Shown: positions 1 through 12,174 of the stretch, piece after piece
Layout: every line of letters starts with the position of its first letter
Position numbering within the stretch: the stretch's first letter is position 1
Assembly (NCBI GenBank): GCA_051313645.2
Contig: JBNRSN020000023.1
Span: 77,128,001 to 77,192,000, forward strand
Source of the DNA: Centroscyllium fabricii
Lineage: Eukaryota
DNA length: 64,000 nt
Direction: 5' to 3'
Notes under the pieces: generated by a model
The model's input: only the letters and a program-made list of their open reading frames with translations
Told to the model about the DNA's origin: nothing
The model's database searches: none
Made by a program: the position numbers and the translations under genes

Positions 1-52
1 GAAAATGCTGGAGAAACTCAGCAGGTCAAGCAGCATCTGTGAAGAGAGAAAC

Positions 53-91
53 AGAGTTAACGTTTCAGGTCGATGACCATTCATCAGAACT
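53..91 (-). ncRNA. Minimal type I hammerhead ribozyme in Penelope pseudo-LTR fragment (1-91)
   Basis: Minus strand reads GAGTT-CTGATGA-ATGGTC ATC GACCT-GAAA-CGTT-AACTC: intact core, helix I GAGTT/AACTC, palindromic helix III. Confidence 0.75.
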
Positions 92-617
92 CCCCTTTAA
101 GAATTGGACGGTGCCAGTGTGTCTGTGTTCCATTGCTGACTGACATCACATGAGCTTCGCCAGCGCTCTGAGGTAACGCCTCACTCCTCGGCCTTTGCGC
201 CTTGAGAGGTGTGTCGCATCTGATTTAGCGCTCCAATCACTTCTCGGGGTGATAAAGGCCAAATTTGCTGTTGGAGGCGATAATTAGCGTTAGGCGCTAC
301 ATTTTGCGCACCGCCGAGAACGGTGCCCCAAACGGGGCGATACCAAATTTTTCTCCCTATGTTCCTATAATAATTGTTCAAGAATAAGAAAAGGCCTCAC
401 AAACATTTCCCATATTGAGCCCACCTATCCATCTTCTCACCATATGCCTCAGAAATGCCTGCAACAGTCCTTGTCCAGTTAAGCTGTCCACTTCAATAGC
501 CGTCCCTGCTACTATGCCGTACCACTGATCTCTTTCGCAAATGCTTCCTTGGTCTTAAACCAGTTATTTTGTGCTCATAGCTATGCTGAGTTATATCTGC
601 CTTAGTTACCAGAACGT

Positions 618-1490
618 CCAGGACGATTTGGACAAGTTGGGTGATTGGGCATAAACATGGCAAATACACTATAATGTGGATAAATGTGAGGTTATCCACT
701 TTGGTGGCAAAAACAGGAAGGCAGATTATTATTTGAATGGCAATAGATTGGGAGAAGGGGAAGTGCAACGCGACCTGAGTGTTCTTGTGCACCAGTCGCT
801 GAAGGTAAACATGCAGGTGCAGCAGGCGGTTAAGAAGGCAAATGGTATGTTGGCCTTCGTAGCGAGAGGGTTTGAGTACATGAACAAAGATGTCTTGTTG
901 CAGCTGTACAGGGCCTTGGTGAGAACGCACCTCGACTATTGTGTCCAGTTATGGTCGCCTTATCTGAGGAAGGATGTTCTTGCCATGGAGGGAGTGCAGC
1001 GAAGATTCACCAGACTGATACCTGGGATGGCAGGAATGACATATGGGGAGAGATTGTGTCAATTGTGCTTATACTCACTGGAGTTTAGAAGATTGAGAGG
1101 TGACCTCATCGAAACCTATAAAATTCTGTCAGGCCTGGACAGTCTAGATACAGGAAGGATGCTCACGATGGCCGGGGAATCCAGAACCAGGGGTCACAGT
1201 CTAAGGATAAGGAGTAAGCCATTTAGGACAGAGATGAGGAGGAATTTCTTCACCCAGAGAGTGGTGAACCTGTGGAATTCTCTGCCACAGAGGGCGGTGG
1301 ATGCCAGTTCATTCAATATATTCAAGAAGGAGTTGGATATATTCCTTAAGGCTAAAGGGATCAAGGGATATGGGGAGAAAGCAGGGACAGGGTACTGAGT
1401 TTGGATGATCAGCCATGATCTCATGAAATGGCGGAGCAGGCTCGAGGGGCCGAATGGCCTACTCCTGCTCCTATCTTCTGTGATTCTATG
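618..1490 (+). mobile_element. CR1 (HER1-like) LINE, 3' fragment
   Basis: ORF 676-1398 is a CR1 ORF2 C-terminus (KCEVIHFG, LYRALVR, RTRGHSL, FFTQRVVNLWNSLP); 3'UTR ends in GATTCTATG. Confidence 0.93.
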
Positions 1491-1796
1491 TCTAAATCTG
1501 GCTGTATTTGAGGAAAGGATGGACCACTGCATCACTCAGTTAACCCTTGGAAACTGAGTCAGGAAATGTCACAGGTTTAAACTCCTTGATTGTCTCATCG
1601 GTAGAAGATACTGCTTAGTGCATAACCAAACCACAGGTCAGACAGTTCCAGCTTTGATAACGGCTGGAGCAGTTCTAGCTCAGTTGGCCTCTGCACCTTT
1701 CAGGGAGGAGGAGAATCAGCAAAGGTTCCCACTCTTTGATCTCTTGAGCAAGCTGCTTCTTTTGAGAAGTGGATGAGGATGGGATTGGGCTTGGAC

Positions 1797-2444
1797 AGGG
1801 CCGGCCTTAGGCCAATTGAACCTATTTGACCCAATGGGCACCCATTACTTTAAAGTCCATACTCAAAACCCGAACACCTTCAAACCAAACCTGTGTCTTA
1901 TTCTTTTGAGCTGCAAAAAGGCACCAATCAATAATTAGTCTCGGGCTAGAAATGCAGGCACGGAGCAGTCATGCACAACATGACTAATTATAGCAACCTT
2001 GAAGGAGATCTGGATCACTTTACTTTCACATTGATGCTAAGGTATCAGACTGGGCGCTGACTTGAGTTTAGCCAGCCCTGTGTGATGTGTAATATCATAT
2101 TGCTGAGGTTCCACCCTGCTCGCAGTACCTCACTCATTGGTAGATTACAAACATATGATGCGCACGCATTCCGACCTCTGACCCCTTCTGTCAGGGGATC
2201 GGAATTGCCGGTTTCGCGCGCATGCGCTATGCATGCACGAAACCGGCACTTTGGATGGGCCTACACGTGAGTACCCAGCGCGTACTCACGCGTCCACAGC
2301 CGAATTTCTGGGCCAAAATGAATTTTGTTTAGTTATTATTTTTTTACATTATTTTTCAGGCTTCATTAAAATGATTAATCTTAAGTCCAGGGGGCCCCAC
2401 CAAAATGGTCCAAATTGGGCCCCGCAATTGTTAAGGCTGGCCCT
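1797..2444. mobile_element. hAT-type non-autonomous DNA transposon
   Basis: TIRs AGGGCCGGCCTTA / TAAGGCTGGCCCT; 8-bp TSD GCTTGGAC at 1789-1796 and 2445-2452. Confidence 0.8.
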
Positions 2445-2659
2445 GCTTGGACTGTGACATCTTCCACTGAATAGCTTGCCAATGCTCACTACATGCCGAG
2501 TGAGCAATTGCGCTGGGTGCTGGTGGAATTGTTATACCCCCTGAAGCTGTATCCGAGCAAGAGTTAGCTGGGCGGAGATTCCACTCGGTTGCGCTGGGTT
2601 ATTTTCAGCGCGAAGCTTCTAAAATCGGCCCAACTGGGGCAAAAAGGCTCGAGGAATTT

Positions 2660-3122
2660 CAAGAGCCTCCTCCCGCCTTTCCTCATCTAACTCTATCAGC
2701 GTAACCCTCGATTCCCTTCTCCCTTATACGCTTGTCCAACCTCCTCTTAAATCCATCGATACTATTCACTTCAACCACTTCCTGTGGTAGCGAGTTCCAC
2801 ATTCTCGCCACTCTTGGGGTGAAGAAGTTTCTTCTGAATTCCTTATTGGATTTCTTGGTGACTATCTTATATTGATGGCCTCTCCCTGTGTCCACTCTAT
2901 CAAAACCTTTCAGAATTTTAAAGACCTCTATTAGGTCACCCCTCAGCCTTCTTTTTTCAAGAGAAAAGAGACCCAGCCTGTTCATCCTTTCCTGATATGT
3001 GAACCCTCGCATTTCTGCTGTCATCCTTGTAAATCTTCTCTGCACCCTCTCCAGTGCCTCTATATCCTCTTTCCAATATGGCGACCAGAACTGCGCGCAG
3101 TACTCCAAGTGTGGTCTAACCG
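2660..3122 (-). mobile_element. CR1 LINE fragment (older subfamily)
   Basis: VRPHLEYCAQFWSPY...RRLRGDLIEVFKI...RNFFTPRV in ORF 2683-3222. Confidence 0.9.
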
Positions 3123-3741
3123 AGGAACAATTACCTTCTAAAACACTGCCCGATTGCGGTGGTTCATGGAAGATTTTACATTCGGTGATATTCAAATGAG
3201 TTTGAGCAGGAACCTGAACCATAATTTCACGTGGGGAAAACTAGCGCAGTTTTGAGCGCCATTAGCACCCGAATTGCAGATTGCACCCAAAATGGAAACT
3301 TTAATGTCTTCAGGATGGGAGTGGAGACAATTTAGAAAAGCAAAAAGATTTTTCTGCAGCTAGTTCACATGCTAAAATGTTAACTGCTCGGTCCAAAGGA
3401 CCTGGGGTGAGGGATTCGTGCATCTGCTTGCATATGCTAATAAGGACTAATGAGATTCAATGCTTAGAGAATATCCTGTATCCTGGGGAGAATGGCTCAA
3501 GGTTCACTACAACAGCAGCTCTGAGGTAATATTACTTCTGACAGAAGTATTAAGTTACAGTTTAAACACTTGCACCATGTTAATTTAAAAAGAAAAATGT
3601 TGCAGTTAACTGTAGTGATCAAGGGCACCTTTGACAGCCCAGTGAGCAACAACACTAGATGTACAGACCAAAATATCCCAGGTTTGATCACTGATCTGTA
3701 CTGAGTTAGTTGCAAGATTCTGCAAATCCATTGGCAGGATA

Positions 3742-4075
3742 GGCGCACCAACGTCAGTGTTCTTGCTCAGACCAACATCCCCAGCATCGAAGCTCTGACC
3801 ACGCTCGATCAGCTCCGATGGACGGGTCACATCGTCTGCATGCCCGATACGAGACTCCCAAACTAAGCGCTCTACTCAGAGCTCTGACGCGGCAAGAGAG
3901 CCCCAGGTGGGCAGAGGAAACGCTTCAAGGACACCCTCAAAGCCTCCTTGAAAAAGTGCAACATCCCCACCAACACCTGGGAATCCCCGGATCAAGACCA
4001 CACAAAGTGGAGGAGAAACATCCGGGAAGGCGCCGAACACCTCGGGTCTCTTCGCCGGGAGCAAGCAGAAGCCCC
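3742..4075 (+). mobile_element. RTE-clade LINE, RT C-terminal fragment
   Basis: Frameshifted translation TNVSVL..IPSIEAL..QLRWTGHIVCMPDTRLPK...GKRAPGGQRKRFKDTLKASLKKCNI. Confidence 0.8.
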
Positions 4076-5409
4076 CAAAGTGTGGACCAAGTGATGTACA
4101 GGGTCGACATACTGGCTTGTTGAAAGAGAAACAGACCCAGTAATTGAAGTCAAAATGGTTTTTAAGTACAGGCCTGGAGAGTTGGTTCACGTCCGACATG
4201 ATGCCAACTTTGACCAGCCATTAGAACGTACTCACAGTTATACAGGAAGTAACTGCCCCACCTCCCCGAGGGTCCAACCATTTTACAGAGATACACATTT
4301 ATCTTTTACATGGGGAGGGGCTTCTGACACCTTAAAGATAACAGAAAATGATTTCATTCTCTTCATCCCTTTGGCTGTTAAGTTTCATTTCTGCAGAAAC
4401 TGGTCACAGCTTATAGGATTTGTTCCTGTTGCTCTGTAAGCCAAGCAGAGGGTTGTTAATATATTAACGCTTTGTGAGCTCATCTACTATAGATCTACCT
4501 TTCTTACAACTAAACTTTAATACTTGCCCTCTGTATGTATTCAATTTCTAATATTCTACTTCAATTTCCTATGGTGACTACATTTCACAATTATTTCTTT
4601 GGCTGTAAAGACTGTGACGTCCCGATCCCCTCTCGGTGCTCCACCAAGTTAGAAACACACCGCAACCATCACGGCCGTCGACCATATCGGCGATGCAGAC
4701 CCCTGGGGCAGGTAATTGAAGACCAATACCTTCCAAGCCATCTCCTCGACAGGTTCAGCACCATGGAGGTGGCCGTGACACAGAGGCAGAGTGGGGATTT
4801 TCCATTCTCAGGCAGCACACCTGAATGGTGTTGCGCTGATTACCAAACAGCCAGAGGAAGCATGGGGAATGTGAGCCCAGGTGGGCCGCATTCTCTTGTT
4901 GACACTAATCACTCTGGCAGCCTTTATATACAGAGCACAAGGACAAAAGGGAGAGAGTACATTGGAAATCGCTACAGAGAAGTTGCCGAACCTCTCCCTG
5001 GACCAGAGTCGCCTTTCCAGCTCCTTGGGCGGTAAGCGGCCATTGGCCCAGAAACTTCGGATTTAAAGGGAATTCTTGAAGTGAAGCTTGTGAATATTAT
5101 AGAAGATTGGAATCTGTAAAATGCATAAAGGCTGAGACCTGTGTTAAAGACTGAAACCTATGTTAATCAATCTTTTCCTTGTTGAATTCTGGACTCCGGC
5201 TGATTGGTTTTGGATTTGCTTTGCCGACCACACCCTCGCATAGTTGGGGCAGTCTACAAGACATCCTGAGGCGCTATATAAATGCAAGTTCTTTTGACTT
5301 TCTTTAATGCAACCGTACTCATCCAGGGAAGCGGCGAACATCCCATCAGATTCCTGACTTGAGCCTTGTAGATGGTGAACATGATTTGAGGTAGCAAGAA
5401 TTATTATTT

Positions 5410-6621
5410 TTTATTCATTGATGGGATGTGGGCGTTGCTGGCTGACTAGGCCTGCATTTAGTGCCCATCCCTAATTGCCCTTGAGAAGATGGTGGTGAGC
5501 CACCTTCTTGAACCGCTGCAGTCCATATGGTGTAGGTACACCCACAATGTTGTTAGTAAGGGAGTTCCAGGATTTTGGCCCAGCGACAGTGAAGGAGCGG
5601 TGATACAGGTCCAAGTCAGGATGGTGTGTGGCTTGGAGGGGAACTTGTAGGTGGTGCTGTTCCCATGTGACTGCTGCCCTTGTCCTTCTACGTGGTAGAG
5701 GTCGCGGGTTTGGAAGGTGCTGTTGAAGGAGTTTTGGCGAGTTGCTGCAGTGCATCTTGTAGATGGTACACACTGCAGCCACAGTGCGCCGGTGGTGGAG
5801 GGAGTTAATGTTGAATGTGGTGGATGGAGTGCCAATCAAGCGGCCTGCGTTATCCTGAATGGTGTCGAACTTCTGGAGTGTTGTTGGAGCTGCACTCATC
5901 CAGGCAAGTGGAGAGTATTCCATCACACTCCTGACTTCTGCCTTGTAGATGGTGGAAAGGCTTTGGGGAGTCAGGAGGTGAGACACTCGCCACAGAATTC
6001 CCAGCCTCTGGCCTGCTCTTGTAGCCACAGTATTTATATGGCTGGTCCAGTTCAGTTTCCGATCAATGGTAACCCCCAGGATGTTGATAGTGGGGGATTC
6101 AGCGATGATAATGCCATTGAATGTCAAGGGGAGATGGTGGGAGTCTCGCTTGTTGGAGATAGTCATTGCCTGGCACTTGTGTGGTGCGAATGTTACTTGC
6201 CACTTGTCAGCCCAAGTCTGAATGTTGTCCAGGTCTTGCTGCATATGGACACGGACTGCGTCAGTATCTGCCGAGTCTCGAATGGTGCTGAACAGTGTGC
6301 AATCATCAGCGAACATCCCCACTTCTGACCTTATGATGGAGGGAAGGTCATTGATGAAACAGCTGAAGATGGTTGGGCCTAGGACACTGCCCTAAGGAAC
6401 TCCTGCAGTGATGTCCTGTGGTTGAGATGAATGACCTCCAACAACCACAGCCAACTTCCTTTGTGCTAGGTATGATTCCAACCAATGGAGAGTTTTCCCC
6501 TTGATTCCCATTGACTTCAGCTTTGCCAAGATCCTTGATGCCACACTTGATCAAATGCTGCCTTGATGTCAAGGGCAGTCGCTCTCACCTCACCTCTTGA
6601 GTTCAGCTCTTTTGTCCATGT
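5410..6621 (-). mobile_element. CR1-group LINE (second lineage), 3' part of RT
   Basis: ORF 5471-6322 with MFADD, QQDLDNIQTWADKWQVTF, YKAEVRSVMEYSPLAW; homologous to 49425-50640 and 62535-62750. Confidence 0.88.
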
Positions 6622-7550
6622 TGCAGCCTTTAGAATCAAATAGAAGGACACAGCCCAGAGGGCATCCATTCGGCCGATCGTGCCTTTGCACTGTTCCTTT
6701 TATTGAACGTCTCACAACATTTCAGCATCATACCATGGGATATTTACCCAAATAATCAGACTTTTCTTTTTTTTGTTTTGCTCAACAGTCGGCAGTCAAG
6801 TCATCCCGTAGGGCCAAGTCCTATCTGATTCAATTTGGCTTTAGAAGTTAGGATGGATGAGCTTTTTAATCAGTTAAAACAGAGAGCGCAGGTGCACTCT
6901 AGCCCAGGGGAACACTTGGGTTGCTTACCTCTGTTTCTCTACTTTCAACCGAAGCTACCATTACATGAATCCTCATTAGACGGATATAGATCATGAGCCA
7001 TGAGGCTGAGGGAGATTAATCTTGATACAGTTATCTATCACTATGCTCGGAGAAGGAGAGAGATGAGCTGTTACATGGAGTCGATGACCTGATTTCAGTT
7101 AATCCAGAAACCCAAGGGCCACAGGAGATAAAGGTAATGAATTCCAAATGACATTCCCTGAACGTGGGCACTGTGATGAAGAAATCAACCAACTAAATCA
7201 CAACTGTGTCCATCTTCTCTGCGATACATCATTCCGTTAATTGCAGGTGGTGGTGATGGTGGCGTGTGAAATATGGCTGAGCTTCTTCAAGTGCCAAGGA
7301 GGGAGTCTATTCCATCACTGATATTTAAGGATTCATCGACATGCTACTGGCAAACTGCATGTTGATTGGAACCCAACTTCCTGATAAACAAGGCTGGGCA
7401 TATCAGATTAATTGAAGAACAGAGATTGTAATGTTAGATTAATCTTTAGCTGCTTTCACTGTGACATTGAGAAATTTTACACAGGCCTCCATCTACTTGG
7501 AAGCTTTACCTTTGATTGTTTGCCTTCCTTATGAGATGAGATACAGAAGG

Positions 7551-8012
7551 ACCAAGTCATTAAATATATTCAAGAAGGAGTTAGATATATTTCTTAGAGC
7601 TAAAGGCATCAAGGGATACGGGGAGAAGGCCGGGTGCTCCGGTTTCCTCCCACAGTCCAAAGATGTGCGGGTTAGGTTGATTGGCCACGATAAATTGACC
7701 CTTAGTGTTATGGGGATTGAATATGTGGGGTTACGGGGATAGGGTGGGATATGTGTCAGTGCAGGTTCGATGGGGATCGAGGGATATGGGGACAAGGCAG
7801 GGACAGGGTAACTGGGTTTCGATGATCAGCCATGATCTCATTGAATGGCGGAGCAGGCTCGAAGGGCCGAATGGCCTACTCCTGCTCCTATCTTCTATGT
7901 TTCTATGTACGGGGTACTGAGTTTGGATGATCAGCCATGATCTCATCGATTGGCGGAGCAGGCTCGAGGGGCCGAATGGCCGACTCCTGCTCCTATCTTC
8001 TATGTTTCTATG
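7551..8012 (+). mobile_element. CR1 3' end with nested 5'-truncated HE1 V-SINE (about 7630-7908)
   Basis: V-domain GGGTGCTCCGGTTTCCTCCCACAGTCCAAAGATGTGC; two successive CR1 tails ending TTCTATGTTTCTATG. Confidence 0.85.
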
Positions 8013-8086
8013 ACCTTTAGCATTGAGCTGGATCACGATGTGCTGAGAAGACGTAATTGGTGGGGTGGGGCGGGTATAGAGATATT

Positions 8087-8612
8087 AACAACAACAACAA
8101 CAACTTGCATTTATATAGCACCTTCAGTGAAACGTTCCCAAGACATTTCCCAGGAGCGTTATCAGACACAATTCGACACCAAGCCCCATAAATAGATATT
8201 AGGGCAGGTGACCAAAAGCTTGGGCAAAGACTTGGATTTTAAGGAGCGTCTTAAAGGAGGAGAGAGAGGCGGAGAGGTTTAGGGAGGGAATTCCAGAGCT
8301 TAGCGCCTAGAGGGCTGAAGGCTCGGTCCCTAATGGTGAGGTGAAGGAAGTGGGGGATGCGGAAGAGGCTAGAGTTGGATGAATGCAGAGACCTAGGCGG
8401 GGGGAGGGGTAGAGGGGTATGTCGGGCTGGAGGAGGTTACAGAGATAGGGACAAGTGAGGCCATGGAGAGATTTGAACACGAGGTTGAGAATTTTAAATT
8501 CGAGGCATTGGCAGACCGGATGCCAGTGTAGGTCAGCGAGCACCGGGGTGATGGGTGAACGGGACTTGGTGCGAGTTACGATACAGGCAGCAAGATTTTT
8601 GGATGCGCTCAT
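8087..8612 (-). mobile_element. L2 LINE 3' end
   Basis: PITPVLADLHWHPV..FKILNLVFKSLHGL; (AAC)n tail with AACTTGCATTTATATAGC. Confidence 0.85.
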
Positions 8613-8984
8613 TTATAGAGGCTAGAAGATCAGGAGAGCATCCTTGTTGCTTGGTCGCTTTGGTTTGCACAAAGCTATGTATAGTTCCACTGACAGGTGT
8701 GGACAAGAAAATAGTTATAGACTGCATGCTCACAATGTGACTATGAGCAAGTCCCTTCTCGTTTTCTGACAATTTTGACGCTACTGTTATCCATCCAGTT
8801 CCAGAATCCTGGCTACAGGAAGGATGTAGCTGAAATGGAAAAGGTGCAGGGAAGAGCAGTTGGAATCATTGGGAGACTAGCAAATAAAACATATGATAGA
8901 TTGGCAGAACTGAATGCTTCCCATTCGAGAAGAGACGACTGAGCTGGGTGGAGCTATTCATGAGTCCGGCAAGTCGGCAACGCC

Positions 8985-9872
8985 TCGATTAAAAAATTAT
9001 CATCCTTGTTTTCAAATCCCTCCACCGCCTTGCCCCTCCCTATGATTCACCAGGCTGATACCGGGGATGTAAGGAATGACGTGTGAGGAGAGATTGGGTC
9101 GATTGGGCTTACACTCGCTGGAGTTTAGAAGAATGAGGGGGGATCTCATTGAAACTTGTAAAATTCTAACAGGACTGGACAGACTAGATGCAGGAAGGAT
9201 GTTCCCGATGGCCGGGGAGTCCAGAACCAGGGGTCACAGTCGAAATATAAGAGGTTAGCCATTTAGGACTGAGATGAGGAGGAATTTCTTCACCCAGAGA
9301 GTGGTGAACCTGTGGAATTCTCTACCACAGAAGGCAGTAGAGGCCAATTCATTAAATATATTCAAGAAGGAGTTAGATATATTTCTTAAGGCTAAAGGGA
9401 TCAAGGGATATGCAGAAAAGGCAGGGACAGGGTACTGAGTTTGGATGATCAGCCATGATCTCATTGAATGGCGGGGCAGGCTCGAGGGGCCGAATGGCCT
9501 ACTCCTGCTCCTATCTTCTATATTTCTATCTCTGTAATCTCCTCCAACCCTCCGAGGTCTCTGCACTCCTCATTTCTGCCCTCTTGAGCATGCTCGATTT
9601 TAATCGCTCCACCATTGGCGGCCGTGCCTTCAGCTGCCCGGACCCAAAGCTCTGGAATTCCCTCCCTAAACCTCTCCGCCTCTCTACCTCTCTCTCCTCC
9701 TGTAAGACGCTCCTTAAAACCTACCTCTTTGACCAAGCTCTTGGTCACCTGCCATGAGATCTCTTTCTATGGCTTGGTGTCAAGTGTTTTTTATTGCTCG
9801 TGCTCTTGTGTAGCGACTTGGGATGTTTTCCTACGTTAAATGTGCTATAGAAATATGAGTTGCTGTTGTTGT
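8985..9872 (+). mobile_element. L2 3' end interrupted by CR1 fragment (about 9043-9527)
   Basis: L2 motifs GGRAFS..PKLWNSLP..KTLLKTYLF and a (TGT)n tail flank a CR1 3' end. Confidence 0.8.
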
Positions 9873-9975
9873 TAAAATTAATAAACCTCTGGGATGTAGA
9901 AGGTCAGTTAGGGATAATAGAACAAGGGGACATGAGTATAACTGGACAAGGGTAAGTTCAAGAAGGACATATCCA

Positions 9976-10262
9976 GTGTTAGGGGCCCAGGTTCAAATCT
10001 GGCCTCGGGTACTATCTGTGTGGAGTTTGCACATTCTCCCCGTGTCTGCGTGGGTTTCCTCCGGGTGCTTCGGTTTCCTCCCACAGTCCAAAGATGTGCG
10101 GGTTAGGTTGATTGGCCAGGATAAATTGAACCTTGGTGTTAGGGGGATTAAATATGTGGGGTTATGGGGATAGGGTGGGATATGTGTCAGTGCAGGCTCG
10201 ATGGGCCGAAATGGCCTCTATCTGCGCTGTCGGGCTTCTATGATTCTACGATGATTCTATGA
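9976..10262 (+). mobile_element. HE1-type V-SINE, short-tail variant
   Basis: B-box GGTTCAAATC, V-domain, GATTCTATG tail. Confidence 0.85.
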
Positions 10263-10330
10263 TAAGAAAGCATTAACTTACTGAGGGAATGGTCTATTTT
10301 TGAGCCATTTGAGCCAACTGACCAAGGGAT

Positions 10331-10455
10331 GTTGTCGAAGCATTGTTCCACGGAAGCTCAGCGTAAGTTCGAGGAACAGCAACTCATCTTCCCATTAGGC
10401 ACTTTACAGCCTTCCGGACTCAATATCGAGTTCAACAATTTCAGAGCACAACCTC
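10331..10455 (+). repeat. Left copy of 125-bp direct duplication (Penelope GIY-YIG C-terminal fragment)
   Basis: Matches 13327-13451 with one mismatch; encodes QRKFEEQ.LIFPLGTLQPSGLNIEFNNFR. Confidence 0.92.
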
Positions 10456-12174
10456 GCCGTGTCGAGAAATTTAGCCAGATTGGTATCGTGGTCCTGCTGG
10501 TCGTGGCCGCAGATGGTCACGTTGTCCAGGTAAGGGAAGGTGGCCTGCAAGTCATTTTGATCAACCATACGGTCCATCTCCCGCTGGAACACTGACACTC
10601 CGTTGGTCACGCCAAAGGGGACCCGGAGGAAGTGGTAGAGCCGACCGTTCGCCTCGAAGGCGGTGTAGGGGCGGTCAGCTTTCCGGATCGGGAGCTGGTG
10701 ATACGCCGATTTAAGGTCGATCGTGGAGAACACCTTGTACTGGGCGATCTGATTGACCATTTCCGAGATGCGGGGAAGGGGGTAGGCATCGAGCCCGGTG
10801 TAGCGGTTGATAGTCTGGCTGTAATCGATAACCAGACTTCACCACTACAACTTGGGCGCGCCAGGGGCTGGTGCTGGCTTCAATAATCCCCTCCTTTAGC
10901 ATCTGCCCGACTTCCGACCTGATAAACGTGCGGTCCCCCTCGCTGTACCGCCGACTCTTAGTGGCGATAGGTTTGCACTTCGGATCGAGGTTGGCGAACA
11001 GTGAGGGGGGATCGATTTTCAGGGTGGAGAGGCCGCAGGCCGGGGTCCGCTTTGGGAGGGGGTTGACCCGGCTACTGAGGGTGAGTGGGGGAAGGGTCCC
11101 GCCGAACTCCATTGTCACACTCCTGAAGTGGCACTGGAAGTCCAGACCTAGTAAGGCTGGGGCACACAACTGCTGGAGGGTATACAATTTAAAATTACGG
11201 TACACGCGTCCCTGGACAGTGAGCGTGACGGAGCAGTCGCCGGTGACGTCCGCGGTGTGGGACTGTGAAGCTAATGAGACTTGGTAGTTAGTGGGCAGGA
11301 CCTGCAGTCCGAAGCGCCGCACTGTATTAGGGTGAATAAAGCTCTCGGTGCTGCCCGTGTCAAAAAGGCAGTTGACCGTGTGATCGTTGATCTTGATTGG
11401 CCTTATGGAGTTAGACAGGGTGTGGGGCTTGTCCTGGCTGACTGTAGGTCCGGTCGCCGCAGCCCCTGCTGAAGGGAGCTGCGCACAAAATGGCCGCCCC
11501 CCTGGCTCGCACGTGGGGGGGGCCTGACAAGATGGCCGCCCCCCTGGCTCGCACATGGGGGGGCCCTGAAAACAAGATGGCCGCCCCCCTTGATCGCACA
11601 TGGAGGGGCCCTGTATACAAAATGGCCGCCCCCCTGGCTCGCACGCGGAGGGGACCTGACAAAATGGCCGCCCCCCACAAAATGGCCGCCCCCCACAAAA
11701 TGGCCGCCCCCTTGACTCGCACGTGGAGGGACCTGGGGGAAGACAAGATGGCCGCCCCCCTGACTCGCACAATGAGGGACCTGGGGGAAGACAAGATGGG
11801 GTTAGTATAGATTCATTTGCAGCCTGCTCGCACATCGAGGGACCTGGGGGAAGACAAAATGAGGTTAGTACAGCTTCAGTTTCCTGGCGTGCTGGTGCCC
11901 TTGATCCGCCCGCAGCGACCCGCTGTGCAGGCTCTGGCGGCGCTGGCGGCTGAGTCCGTGGTTTGCGGTCAGTGACCCGCTGTGCAGGCTCTGGCGGCGC
12001 TGGCGTCGGAGCCCGTGATTTGCCGTCTGCGAACCACGGTGAACGCACTGCCGATTTAAAACTCGTTGCTGGCGGGGCCCGTGATTCGCACGCAGCAAGC
12101 CGCTGTTGAGGCGCGGTGCCCGTGTTTCGCACGCAGCCGGCCGCGTAGGAGGGTCGCGTTCGGCTGGTTGCCAT
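10456..12174 (-). pseudogene. pol: Aspartic protease and partial RT (frameshift near 10830, truncated)
   Basis: LFDTGS, LLGLDF, SPWRAQVVVV, DLKSAYHQ, VPFGVTNG, YLDN. Confidence 0.88.
11480..11860. repeat. In-frame coding minisatellite (GGRP repeats)
   Basis: Eight CAARATGGCCGCCCCC cores, spaced about 18-47 bp apart. Confidence 0.9.

Noticed and set aside
4155-5066. Host exons (ORFs 4155-4439, 4535-5035, 4881-5066)
   Set aside because: No recognisable domain; the splice-bounded segment I tested on the minus strand has stops in all three frames.
11480-11860. CRISPR-like repeat-spacer pattern
   Set aside because: The spacers are related to each other and irregular in length, the array is inside a retrotransposon ORF, and there are no cas genes.
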